Assembly: GCA_964570585.1 (NCBI GenBank) | Contig: CAZMYR010000001.1 | Coordinates: 17,441 to 81,440 of the forward strand | Direction of reading: 5' to 3' | Origin: an uncultured Planctomycetia bacterium | GTDB taxonomy: Bacteria > Omnitrophota > Gorgyraeia > JABMRG01 > JAFGKX01 | Length of the DNA stretch: 64,000 bases | Shown: piece by piece, positions 22,101 to 34,100 of the stretch | Position numbering within the stretch: position 1 is the stretch's first letter | Layout: every line of letters begins with the position of its first letter | The notes under the pieces: model-generated | What the model saw: only the letters and a program-made list of their open reading frames with translations | Databases searched by the model: none | Told to the model about the DNA's origin: nothing | Program-made: the position numbers and the translations under genes

Positions 22101-24864
22101 TATTATTTGCATTCCTGATTATAATCGCAATCGTCTTTGTCCCTGAATTCTCTTTAAATAGTCTAAATAGGCTTGGCACATAGCCGTTCATTACCAAAGT
22201 AGGCCGGCCATTGTTTATCCTTGGGTCTTTTACAGGAAAGATATTTCTTGCATGCCCGACTTTATTTAGGCCAAAACATAATCCGTTTCTAAACCATGCT
22301 ATACTCTCTCCGTCGTCTCCCAAAAAAGCTTTACTAAGAACTAACTCCTTATCTTTCTTCCTTAGGCGAATCCAGTCTCCTTCTACGGCTATCTCATCGA
22401 TGGAGAATCGTCTCTTAAGCTCTTCAAAAGATATATCCGGCCTTGACACATTCCAAAGTTCAGTAATATCTTCCTCCGATAAACCTTTATTAAGAAGTTC
22501 GGCTGCAGGCATAACCATATCCTCGCTGAAAGGCTCATCAAAGAAGAACTCAAAATCTGGCGTATTATAAAGCTTTCCTATATTATACATAACAGTCGGC
22601 GGAAATTCCCATGAGATATATCCTTGGTAAGCTTCCTGGTATAAAACAGATATCTTCTCAGGATATTTTTTAAAATAAGCCCCATCAAAAACTCTCATCC
22701 CAACTATTTCATATCCAAAATATTGCACCCTTCTTAAAATATCTTCCACCGTAGCATGGTTTGATGTAAATGGCGGTTTCAATAATAATACCGACTCTTT
22801 GGCAGGTTTGCTTACAGATGGTATAAGCGCGCCAACAGAAAGTTCATCAGTGCCATCTTTTTTTGAGGAGGCAACTGTATCAGTCTCGCCCATAACCTTC
22901 TCAAGAAGTTCTCTTGATAATACCGATTCTTCCCCAGCCAGCTTTTCAGGGGAAGCCTCTGGTAATTGAATATAAGCCATCCTGCTGGTTTGAAAGACCA
23001 TATCCAGGGCAGCCATATCCTGGGCCCTCTGTCTCTCAATATCGCCGGCACCCTTATTGTAATTGTAGGGCCTAACCTGGCTATATACATATACATTCTT
23101 ACCTTCTACATACTTTATGTTGAAGTCTTCAAAATACTCTGCGCAGTGAATGCATAATGGAGTACTGCTGGATATATCTATTAGCCTTTCATACACAATG
23201 TCCTTTTTCTCTTCTTCACTCATCCTTTGGTTAGAAATTCTTCTGGTCTTGATCTGGCCGGTATCGATATTTCGAAATCTTACCAGAACGCCGCCATCCT
23301 CCAAATCAACCCCTGCCAAAAGCTCTACGCAAGGTATGCCTTCATCATAGGATATTATCCTGGCAATCGAATGAGCCATCTTAGCGCCTCTTTCGGCACA
23401 TTTTGATGGGCACATATTTCTTGGCCTATAAGGAATTTTGCTCATCCAGTCCGTCTTATGCCTCCGGCAATAGGGCTGACCGATGGCATTAGAAATTATA
23501 GAGCAAGGGATTACATTGATAGCTATATCGCTAAGCTCTTCTTTTCTAAAACCCCTCTCTATCAATAAACCTTTATACAGCTGTTTGCACTCTTGCAATT
23601 TTTCTTCCGCCAATGCTGGAATCTTTGATTCATCTTCTCCCATCTCCCTAAGAGCATCTTTAATGGCCTCTTTAGACTCTTCTGGGGTAAACAGATTAAA
23701 ATGATTAAGGAATTGGAATCCGCTGCTTCCATCGACTGCATAATACCGCCTGCCTGCAACCTGGTCTTTTTCCACCATTATCTCAATCGAGCCTACTGGA
23801 TTATACGGACAGGTCGTGCAACCTCGATTGGCATTGGCAAGCTTTAATAATTGCTGAAGAGCAGGCATCTCCTCAGTCGCCTTTGAATCACTCCTGTAAT
23901 CTACAAGAGAAATATTGGTATATAGCGGTATGTATTTCATTCCGTAGGGCAGTGTCTCTCTGAGCCTGGCATCAAAACTTCTCTCAAATCCCTCCCTAAC
24001 AAAAACTATTTTGTAATATATATCTCCATTCTCTCTCAAAAGTACCAGTTTGCCATTAAATCCTAAACAATTCTTTGGCATAAAGGTATGAATCTTGTAT
24101 TTTGCATCGCCGGTTACAAATCTACAAAGCTGTTCAATCAGCTCTCCAACACTATCAGTAGATATCAGCGCTTCTATCTCTTGCCTGACCTCATCCAGGT
24201 ATTCTGCTTTTTTAAGTAAGACAGCCCCTCTTCTTGTTTTATAATCTTGTGAGGGAGTAAATTCAACAACATCTACTCCTTCTAAACTGGTCAAACTACG
24301 TAAAGAGGCCATCAGAGATTCTGCTTTTTCCTCTGGTAGTTTTTCGTCCTCGGGTAAGTCTAAACTGATACCATAAACTTCTCTTAGTTTATTTACATCT
24401 GGATTTCCTCTGTTTTTAAGTAAGAATTGCCAGATAGTAGAGGGGTTGTATTTCTGCCATGACTGTCTTATTGCGGGTATGTTACAAAAAAGAGAGCACC
24501 ATACCCTGATATCCTCTTGAGAGGTTGCCCTGGAGGCTAACATTCCCATAACATTCAAGGCTTCGGATGTAATTTCAACAGTTGGCTGTTTTATCTTACC
24601 AAAGGTCAATTCAGGATTGGCTTTCAAAAATGAGCTGTGAACCTCAAATATTCTGCCCACCCTATGATAAGCATCAGCTGTACTCAGTCTCCTTAATTCA
24701 CGATTAATAGCGCTGCAATGCTTCTGAAAGATATCGTCGCCTAAATGACCAGGAAGCTGTATACCCGTGGCGCATGGGCGTAGATAGCCCTCTCCGGGAT
24801 AGACCGGTATGGCCAGTTGGTTAATAGCAAATGTTACAATTAGAATAACTTGTACGATTCTCAT
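19162..24864 (-). CDS. Large secreted multidomain protein (1900 aa) containing a UDP-sugar pyrophosphorylase (UDPGP family)-like module
   Basis: ORF track entry. ATG at 24862-24864, stop TAG at 19162-19164. N-terminus MRIVQVILIVTFAINQLAIPV is signal-like. The region around 20300-21300 reads LHIANGDDVGGMLD and PVGHFDIIAKL, which resemble the NVDNLGA and GHGD motifs of eukaryotic-type UTP-sugar-1-P uridylyltransferases. This is a family-level similarity from memory only. Confidence 0.8.
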   Translation of the reverse strand: MRIVQVILIVTFAINQLAIPVYPGEGYLRPCATGIQLPGHLGDDIFQKHCSAINRELRRLSTADAYHRVGRIFEVHSSFLKANPELTFGKIKQPTVEITSEALNVMGMLASRATSQEDIRVWCSLFCNIPAIRQSWQKYNPSTIWQFLLKNRGNPDVNKLREVYGISLDLPEDEKLPEEKAESLMASLRSLTSLEGVDVVEFTPSQDYKTRRGAVLLKKAEYLDEVRQEIEALISTDSVGELIEQLCRFVTGDAKYKIHTFMPKNCLGFNGKLVLLRENGDIYYKIVFVREGFERSFDARLRETLPYGMKYIPLYTNISLVDYRSDSKATEEMPALQQLLKLANANRGCTTCPYNPVGSIEIMVEKDQVAGRRYYAVDGSSGFQFLNHFNLFTPEESKEAIKDALREMGEDESKIPALAEEKLQECKQLYKGLLIERGFRKEELSDIAINVIPCSIISNAIGQPYCRRHKTDWMSKIPYRPRNMCPSKCAERGAKMAHSIARIISYDEGIPCVELLAGVDLEDGGVLVRFRNIDTGQIKTRRISNQRMSEEEKKDIVYERLIDISSSTPLCIHCAEYFEDFNIKYVEGKNVYVYSQVRPYNYNKGAGDIERQRAQDMAALDMVFQTSRMAYIQLPEASPEKLAGEESVLSRELLEKVMGETDTVASSKKDGTDELSVGALIPSVSKPAKESVLLLKPPFTSNHATVEDILRRVQYFGYEIVGMRVFDGAYFKKYPEKISVLYQEAYQGYISWEFPPTVMYNIGKLYNTPDFEFFFDEPFSEDMVMPAAELLNKGLSEEDITELWNVSRPDISFEELKRRFSIDEIAVEGDWIRLRKKDKELVLSKAFLGDDGESIAWFRNGLCFGLNKVGHARNIFPVKDPRINNGRPTLVMNGYVPSLFRLFKENSGTKTIAIIIRNANNKSATWQESRIGLLGDDNNPRGNNIAGSIRRDAVLGKLPLGIDPSDKRQLNGQKNVAHLSSGPLEAVSEMHSIFDIPIEETSFGRLLIDNGYSCPFIKYLLRDPMVRIYEPRLKKYDSHTIFELTKKKDPQEALEIIKKYFPPLNEDDPDTSASVDFEEFLGLQRQYKTGKLSVEKSSFPESEIAPPKSKVRSFEDAVSESGMNIQELDDEGMEMVENEEIAEVIPGGGTSGRFYGYKVKIPESQKLKLLAPIWKIAGRLFSSVEVKMMYLKYLVKKARRGYIPLAIMGSGNNIGYLGKRVAGYGIYSPNDLYLYAQGEIPRVNPTDKDIRASGAPLDSKKYNLPHGKDADANVEQWLSDNGDMGDIFRNDDGGYTGKPVGHFDIIAKLVLSRRLFELAQRGAKVLHIANGDDVGGMLDPAKAAYLMRKKDVDILTLLIEKNTVYSINKDDKIFGSFRSTDPACFQGEDKEFRVIARKGKIIRSSKLPKGIELKLEGDKLSIIFKGKRLKPGIKGEVEKGGTFVHVLSKGKDMNLDQPLPGDNFSSNQFYIKVNSILRLFDLNLEEYAQISQAGLLEKVKNATNRMTTHVEIKPINVGTKVLPDGNTEINMRPAAQFMRYVGEITGFKQINTEPILVDRDGSMGREGYCAVKDPESVPMNAPVVYAVLGLDNEGNLRAGSKLIVERKRPDGELSGEETVLVPPKEDVWKNEHIRDLYLRITDILTGLIDDVGLRQALLKEILEKIATQLKAKEEGLEIERKFLLFDFPEFLNSYTPARIIQRYLFIEGDTEVRIRQKGTKYFFTIKIGEGISRREIEIPISAETYERLGPLANERVIVKDRYCVPLKDGLTAETDRYYGKLEGLVTLEVELPDEKTTIPSFPEGIGRVIDVTGRPEFSNKNLAQFGIPDISGEGAAGQLSVSGGLARLLGRKDLSSDTTRQEPEPKATEGDKVQDADRTDRRYLKPDADFRIVQFINAAA

Positions 24865-25007
24865 AGTTAACCTTTATGCAGTAGTGAATGAATTTATTAT
24901 CGCGCACCCTTCGACTTTTGTATATTCTGCATCCATGGCAGCTTTAAATCTCCTAAACTTCCTTCTTTCTTTCATCTTAATTACCCTTTCTGCTAGGTTT
25001 GGGTTTG

Positions 25008-25122
25008 CCCACCAGCATCAAAAGATGCTGGTGGGCTGGGGGCTAAAGCCATGTTATATGGCTTTACTTTATTCCGTCATTGCGAGCCCTTGACGTCTTC
25101 GATGTCAAGGGCGAAGCAATCT
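25008..25122. promoter_or_regulatory. Two strong hairpins downstream of the giant gene's stop: GCCCACCAGCATC-AAAA-GATGCTGGTGGGC (25008-25037) and an imperfect ~20-bp stem around CCCTTGACGTC...GATGTCAAGGG (25078-25122)
   Basis: A perfect 13-bp inverted repeat is seen directly. No clear T-run follows, so a terminator or RNA-processing role is inferred only. Confidence 0.4.
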
Positions 25123-25174
25123 CAAACGTAGAGATTACTTCGGTTGACTCCGCCAGCTTCCATTAGACTTGATA

Positions 25175-28100
25175 TTAAGCCTGCGAAAGAACCTGTTCAT
25201 GCTCCCTGATATAATCTTCATGCAGATCGCTCAGATCAGAGATAATCTCAAACCTCTTATCCTTAAGCAGCATAATGAGCGCCTCTACTACTTTCTGTCT
25301 GGTCCAGACATCAAGGTCTTCTTTCGCTGATGCGAATACGCGTACCTGTGTTATGCCGTCTTTACTCTGTAACTTGTATGCTATATTCTCTACATTCATT
25401 TGTGCAGTAAATACATAATCGAAATGGTCCCTGGTTATACCTTTTACTTCCAGACTTGCAAGTAAAGTATGCATATTTCTTTCTTTATTCACAAGGCAGA
25501 ATTTCCTGCCGTCTCTTCCGGCAGAAAGCACAAGCTGCTGCAATGCCCTGCTTTCTTTAAGGGCATCGGAATAAATAACTATTGCCTGATTATTCAGCTT
25601 AACTGCTATTTCGCCTTCAGGTGCATAATCGAGTAGAGCCTTTGCAATCTGATATTCAAGCGAATAATCTGCTATCTGTGTTAGGTTAAGACCGCGGATT
25701 TGCTCAGGCATAGGCTCTTTTGCTGGAGGAGCCTTGGCTACCTCTTTGGAGGCGGCAACCTCCATTAACGATTTTATAACATACCTATCAGCAAATAATC
25801 TGAGCGCATAGGTTGCCATCTCCCGAACAAATATATCTGCTTTCTCATCCTGCAAAACAGCTAAAAGCGCCTGCTTCGCTGCTTCAATATCTTCCTGCGG
25901 AATATCTTGGTTTGAATATATTATATTCTCTATGGCAGCGATATTTTCGACACCTGCAAATGATGCGGTTTTGTTTTTATTTAATTCTTCTACCTGAACT
26001 TTTATTTCGCCGGCAGAGGAGGCCTTTGGAGCCTCTGTTTTTGTAACTGAGGGTTTCCCTGCAGCGCCGATAGTAGATGTTGACTCAGGCGGTGGTGTAG
26101 TCTTACCTATAAACCTTGCCAATTCTTCCTTTGCCTTTTGTATATCAGCAGGTATCTCAACCGCAACCATAAAACCTTTGCCAGCAGGCCCATACTCTGT
26201 TAGTTTAGGAACCTCTTCCACCGCAAGCTCAGCAAAATATGGAAACTCATCTATTAGTGTCGAGGTGTCTATAGGCGGTGCATAGCCTATGCGTCTAATC
26301 CTTAAATAAGAGCTGTTTTCGGGTCCATTAACAATCTTATCATATGTAGCTACTGTCCTTCTTTGAAGCATCGGGTGCTGCATTAATATCACCGTGTCCA
26401 GCTCATTGAGGCTGCAATGATTATCCCTGACCTTTTGCTTTTCGGCGCGCCTATCCTCTGAATCAGAGCTATTCACTTCTGCGCTTAATACATCCAAACC
26501 ATTTCTTACGTTTTCTTCTGTCTGCGTAGAAGCTGTTTCTATGATTATATGCGATTCATCAACACCTTTCATTATAAGGGTTTCTTTTATAAGCCTTGCT
26601 TCTGAGACACCGGCCGTTTTCAGTTCCTGGTTTGACTTTTTCTCTATATCCGGAATTTCATCAAAAATAGGCAATTTATACCCGGCCTTTTTAAGATTAG
26701 TTATCAGGAATTTTGTCTCGTGCCCAACCCCGCCGCTTATAAATATGTTTTTGACATTTCCTGCGCGATATAATTCCTCCGCTCTCATTATGTATTCGAG
26801 TCTGCTATTACCGAATAGCCATAGCAGGTCTGCAGAAGGCTGTTCGGTATCTCTCTGCGCGAGGTAATCGAATATCTTCACCAATGCATCTATAATCTCC
26901 TTCTTCAGGACGGTGCCTGCAGAAGAAGCTTTTGTCTTTCCCTCTGTCTGAGTAAGGCTCACGTTGGCAAGTTCCCTGCTGCAGTAGGTTTGAGTAATCG
27001 GGCCTTCCCAGACAGCATATAATATGTTGTTAGCCGTAGCTTTTCCTATATATTTATTTCTATTTTTATTTACCGCATCAAATAACTGCTTTAATTCATC
27101 AGCAGAAACTGGCCTATTTACCCTGCCTAAAACTACATGAACAGCATCCTGTCTAAAGCTGCCGGGGAAAATCTTCTTGGGGAAAATTCCAGACATATTA
27201 TCTCTTATCTGAGTCAGCTGCGGATTGTCAACATATCCTATTGCCATCACAATGCCAACCGAACTTAAAATGGCGCCTTCAAATGTTACATCAAAAGGTT
27301 CTGCCTTTTCTAATATCCTCTTTACACTATCTGTCTTTAACAATATATCTTCAGGCGCATCGCCTTTGTAATCTTTTTTGGAAGAGAAAACGCTGGTATG
27401 GAATCCCACCGCACCATTTTCTGCCGGGGTAGTCCTTTGCGGCTTGCTCCATAAGACTATATCGCCTGGTATATCCCTGGCAATCTGTTCCTGCAGAGAA
27501 ACCAGATTGGCAATCAACTCCTGAGACTGCGGCTGTTTCGGCCATTCTATTACCGCCCCTACTGCCTGGCCTGTTAATGGCTGGCCTGTTTCTGTATAAT
27601 AATCTCTGTTTCTGGTTAAATCATCCCTTGTTATACCCCGGTCCTGTTCTATTTTTTTTCTTGTTTCGTTGTGCAAAGTGTCATATTTCTTATCGAGCGC
27701 GGAACGTGATTCGGGATATATCTTTTTTTCTCCAGAAGGTGAACTCTTTGAAGTTTTTACTGGATAATATAATTTTAGTGAGCTTGATGCTAACTCCTGT
27801 AGCTGTGCATCAACATCTGTATCTGGCTCTCTCCTTGCCTGTCTTAATATTGCTCTCCATTCATCACCAAATAAGGCATTTTTGACTTGTGGATAAAGGA
27901 CTACCTCGGCAGCTTTTAAGAGCTCTGGATTGGCTTTAAAATATTCAACTGTAGCTTCAAGGGCCTCGTATTCTAAGGCATCTGGATGGTTAAGGTGCCA
28001 TACCTCATGCCATACAACGCCGTGTAAAAATGCGTCGTAGGTTTTGGTGTGTCTGGCTTGCCTTTTCGCAAATTCCTCTTTGGTTTCCTCTTTGGTTCCG

Positions 28101-31100
28101 GTTTTTAATTGTTCAAGCCACGGTTCTTGGAGTAAGTATCTGTTAATTTCAATAATGCTTGGTTTATGCTGGCCAACCTGTTCTTGGTCAGAGCTTACAA
28201 CTACAGTAAAGGTTACATCATCTTTTATGCCCTGCTCACTAAATGCCCTTGTCAGGTGTTGCTCAAGTTTCTTCTTCTCGCCTGGCTTAAACTCACCTTC
28301 TGTGGCTGTTAAAGTTACTCTTCCATCTGAATATGTAGCTGTTGCAGTAACAGAAGGCACTACATCAGTTACGGTTGTGGTTGCTGGGTAAGGCTGGGAT
28401 AGCTGTTTAAAATCAGTATCCACATTACAACCGAGTTTTTTAAGGACTCTAATGGCCTTAGCTTTAGTGCGAGCTGAAACGTTAGACTCATGCAATAGCT
28501 TAAATAAAGATCCCGCTGCTCGTTTATCGCCAAGCCCACCTAAAATAATAGCCGCCTTGACTCGATTCGGAGAATCGGTAGTGGCCTTATTAAATAAAAC
28601 CTGTTTCGCCCGATCATCTCCTATTGCACCTAAAGCTATAATGATTGCGCGATAACGTTTTAATCTCATATGCCATATTTTACATCTAGCATCCCAATAA
28701 GGAGACACTTCCCCCCACCATTCATAAAATTCTTTTAATATGCCAAGCACGAAAGGAGTAATAAATATAATTAGCAGTATTAATAGGCTTATTTCATCCT
28801 TACTCATTTTATCTTTATTACGAAAACAACCTGTTAACAACATAGAAAGACTGCTAAGTAATAAGAATATTGAGTTATTTCTGGCGAAATATTTTATTAT
28901 ATTTTTAATTTTTTTAATTAAAATTTTGATTTTGTTTGCACGAAGTTTTTTGGATTCAGGGGCTATCTGTGGCAAAAGTTCTTTCAAATCTTTAGTTTCC
29001 TGTTTAATCAATTTATAAGCGCGCTGGTGCCATAAAATCCTTAGCTCTTGCACCAAATCTCCACCTACGGCTATTTCATAACGCATTTCAGGATGTCCCT
29101 GTCCCCTGCGCATATCATAATATCTTTTCTCTAAATCGCTGATTTTCCTTGAATATTTCTTAAACAGTACATTATCTGCCAAATGGCTTATTATCACAAA
29201 CGTCAGTGGAAGAGTTATTAAACCTGCAAATACTAAAATTAATCTGTTTGCATTCAAGACCCAAAATGGCACATCTAAAGCTATTGGCAATGGCACAGCG
29301 GCTGCAGCAACAATCCAGACAGATAGGAATGCGCTAATTGCAAAAGAGCGGAATATCGTAGAAATTATCCTGGCACGTTCAGGATGCGTCTTTACCATTT
29401 CTTCCACTGCCCGCTGATACTGGCGGAATAAATAACCGATAAATACCAAACCTGCCAAAGTAGGCGCTAAAGCCCACCACCCGGCTATTGTAATTCCCAG
29501 TCCAAGGCCTACCATAACACCAATGCCCAAAGCCGCGCCAAAAACCTTGGCCATAAAATAGGCTATATTGCCAGGCCTATCTCCTATAGGATTAAACATC
29601 ACATATGGACCTAATAGCATACCGCTGGTAAATATAAGATGTATGCCAAGCAAAACTACATTAGAAATTCCCAATATGCTAATTGCCCATAAATTAAATA
29701 TAAACATTATAGCGCCCAGCACCATTACAGCTTTCAGGCCACCAAGGAATCCCTGCGTATCAGATTTTAAATTCTTAAGGATATCCCGCGTAAAGTAATC
29801 TCTTATGCTCTTTATCCGTTCTATTACAAATATACCCTTATTAACGCTTAAACTATCTATTTTTGTCTCTGCCTTTGAAGCCACAAATTCATAAGTAAGT
29901 CCAAGATAGGCCCTTATCTGTCCAAATGCCTCAATTCCTAAACGCGGAGCAAATAGTATCATATCAAAAAAGAGTGTCTCAATCCATTCTCCGAAGCCAA
30001 CTAAAAATCCGCGAGCCCTTATCCTTGCTAACATACCATTAAGTCTCAATATCTGATTATAGAATGTACCTATCATCCAATATATTATATGTACACCTAT
30101 AAACGGTGTTGCGTTAAACAGAATCTCGAAAGGCAAGGCTATTATGTTAAGAAGAGACATAGGCGAATCCATAAAGTAGCTTCCATACCCTCTTCTTATC
30201 CTCTTCTCAAAATAGGACTCAGGTCCCATGTGATTGGCAAATTGGACTAAAGGTTCACCTTCGGCCTGATAGAGTCCTCCGGACCATCTAGTCGGTGCTT
30301 TACCGCTCCATTCATCAAGGCCGAAAGATTCCCTCATCTTAAAGGCAATGGCTTCTGATATGGCAGACTCAGGAACTTCGCCAAGTGATATCTTATTATA
30401 AACCTCCAATAACACCGCTACTAAGTCCTCGCTCTGATGCGGGGCATTTGGAGAATAGCCTATCATTCCGAAGAATCTGTCAAGGTAAGAATTGCTAAAT
30501 TGCTCCATACCTCTTGTTATAGGAGCAAGGGGATAATTAAGCCCGAGTTCTTTGGCTAACAGTTTTCTATAAGATACCGAACTTATATTCTCCCAGCCTG
30601 TTCCTACCTTATCAACAATACCATGCATGGCCTGGCCATGGCCAAACTCAATAAGAAAAGATGATATCGCAGTAGGTGTGCCAAGGAAGGTGGTGTTTCT
30701 ATATGCAGGCATAATAGATATATTGGGATTCTCTCTCATTCTCATAACATCTTCTGCAAACTTCGGTGTATTTAACTTGGTGGCATTTCTGTCAACAATT
30801 ACCATGGAGGTTGCGCCTACCATAAGTTCGGGCTTCGTAAACATAGCATTCATAGCGCCTGCTTTACAGGAGAATGGGGTTGAATGCCTGAAGGTCTCTG
30901 CCCTGCATCTCCTTGTCTCTCTATCTGCGGCTTGTATGCCTCTTTCGTCCAGGTACTTCTGATACCCGATATTGCTTCCAAGTTCGATAAGGCGCGCTAA
31001 TTTCTTCTGCCATTTCACAAAACCAGGAGCTTTTCCCTCGGCCCATCGAGATGCTACCTGTCCTTCTTGTTCGTATTCTTTTATCTGGTTTTGAACTATC

Positions 31101-34100
31101 AGGAAATTGAATTTATCAGGAATTCCTTCTTTTCCAAGTGCAACAGACTTCGTATACAGGTTTGCCGCAACATCCCTACATTTGCTAACAGCCATTAGCT
31201 CTGTTACGTGACGGGCTATTTCCGCACCGAGTAGAATCTTGGCCTTTTCTTCATTCGTTAAATTGTAATCCAAGGGGGCGTCCTTATCGTCACTACGTTT
31301 TATGCCTATCCTTAGGTCCCTTGGCATATCTTCCTCAAACTGATCAGGTGTTACAAACATTACTTCTGAATCATGCTCAGCTTTATGCATGAAATCCACC
31401 CAATCATAAAGGTCTTTTTCTGTTATCTTCTTATCCTTAAGAAGAACCTTAAAAAGCGGCAAGCCATCTAAATCTAAAGCTCTCCACCCTTTATAATCGT
31501 ACCCCATATTCTCCATTATTTTCTCTATCGAGCCGTCCTTATACTTCTTGGGTAACGCGCTCCATGCTCTCATAACCTCTTTTGTTATATCCGCCGGCTT
31601 GCCTCTCGATGGCGAATCCAGCGGATCTCCTACATATATAATAAGGGTCTTTTCTTCGCTGCGTTTCTGTTTCTCGGCCTCTGCGAGAGGTTTACCCGTA
31701 AGAGGCAGGCTGTCCTTCCCGGGTCCTTTTGTCGGTTTCAGCCAAGAGAAGATAAAAGTCATAAAATGGTAAGTTCCGGTCTTCATAAGATAAGCGGCTC
31801 TGAAAAATGCGAATGCCGACCACCAGGTTCTTAACAAATGCTCCCCAAAATGCAGGCCAAACCAATTAAGTGAAGCAGAACCCATAAAAGTGCCCACGGT
31901 TAGGAATATGATGTGTTGCATTAATACCAACAGAACGGCGCGGGGCCTGCCCACATAAGCAGACGGCCTGGAAACGTCATATACCATAAGCCCTAAAAGG
32001 GAACGGCTAAATGCTAACAGGCTGAATGCCTCTAATGCAAGAATGCTCTTAACAAGCATGAGTAATAAGACTGCGCCTATTCCCATGCCTGGTAAAGAAA
32101 GCATGCTCAAGAAAACAATCCCTGCCACAGGTACAACAGCTAAGAATTTGCGAGCAATTCCTTTCCCATTGAAATGAGCCAAGCTGTAACATTCTGTAAT
32201 AATATTTATGATAAGAGCGGCTGAAATAAATATGATTACCGGTATAAGAAGCCATGATAAAGACAAAGAAGCAAGCGCTGTAGTAATACCATACCATAAT
32301 CCAGCTGCTGAACCTGTGATGCCGGCCTGTGTACCAAAATGCAGGATATTTAACATAAGAAGTACAAAATCAGGCAGAAAATCCGATATCCTGAATAGTA
32401 TAGGGTTAACTCCCCTTGGACCCTTAGTTTTGCTAAACTTTTCGTACTCTTCTCGCCTAAAGGTACCCTCTGTGATACCCGATTCCTCTAATATTCCTCT
32501 GTATTCTCCATCGTCTTCTTGCTCAGCTCCTTGTACTATAGCATCTCTTATTCTGCCTCTTATTTGAAATAGGTAAGTCTCAAGATGGCTAATCAAAGCA
32601 TTGTTATATTTTCCAGGCACCCTGGCTCTTCTTAACATATATCTGATAGTGGCTGGAAGCCCATCGAATTCTTCCTTTGACATCGTGTAACTCTGCAAGG
32701 CATCTTTTTGTGCTTGGGTTAAATTATTGAATGCATTTAAGTACCTATTAGGTCTTCCTGGTAATGCACCAAATTGCTCAAGCACCTTCTCAAGCCTAAG
32801 CTTACCATTTACATAATCCCCTCTTTCTGCATCCGGTCTTACGTGGACATGTATTTCCACCCTGTCTTCTTTCTCATCTACATCAAAGACATAATTGCCC
32901 TTTACTATCTCTCTTCCGAAATAGGAACCAAGATCCTTTACGTAATTATCCAGACTATCCAGTCCGCGTGTTGTCTTTGCCTTTAAAATAGCGTGCCTTA
33001 ATTCCATTCCTGGATTGTTATCCTTTATATCACTTACTTCTTTGGCAAATATCAGATTATAAATGGCCATTAAGCTGTAAAGGAATGTTACCTCTGCCCT
33101 TGCGTCTGATGCTGTAAATTTCCTTTTGATAAATAACTGTCTTTCTTTATTACTCATAAACGGAGTAACTGTCTCAAGCACCTTATCTGCAAATCTCTTA
33201 TGGGCGGCATTAATAATCTGCTCTCTTTCCTTTTCTGTGCCTAATATTTCTGATGGGGTCTCATCTTTTGCCCTTCTGTAATACCTCTGAGCTGTAGTCT
33301 GCCATATTCTGGAATAGATTAGTACGACCAGCTTATAAGTAGGCAGGACAAACAGAAGAACAACATTCCAGTGTGCAGCCAGCCATTTAATTAATATCGC
33401 TGCAGCAGGAGATAATCCTAAGAATGCAACAGCAACGACTCCAACAACTACGGAAGTAATAACTGTAATCTTCTTACGCCTTGAAAGCTTTAAAAACCAT
33501 CTCTTTATGCCAGATAATAATGACGTCAACGCATTCTTTATAATTGAGAACGATAATGTCCAGGTCATTGTACAAGCAACGATTTCGCCATACCCTGCAG
33601 CATGGATCTTTTCGTGAGAAAGTATTACAGATTCGGCTATACTGGTTAAAAGAGGGATATTAGGTAGGTTGTCGAAAACTCTTTTGCGTCCTTCTAATCG
33701 GCCTTCAGGTCTATATTCTTCATCTAGGCATAGATATTCTATTTGGCGGGCATTGGGGTCGGCATTATAGTGGACAATTTCTCTTTCCTGCCCATCCGGG
33801 CCTCTAATATTAATGTTGCTGTTTACAAAAGCTCTTCTTATAAAGATCAATGTTATGATTCTTCTTATTGTATATATAGAGGCCAGGCCGCTAAGTATCG
33901 CAAAAATAACCGGCAAATCAAACAAGAATGCCATAATACCAAATGCGGTTGCGGTTACTGCACCTGCTCCTGAGCACCATTTTAATATCCTTGTACTTAT
34001 TGGCATTTTTTGATCTTCGGTAGGCTCCTTATCCCCATCTGGAATTACTGGAGGGCTTCCTGTTTTAGGATGTCTCTTTCTCTTGGCTGGCTTGGTTTTA

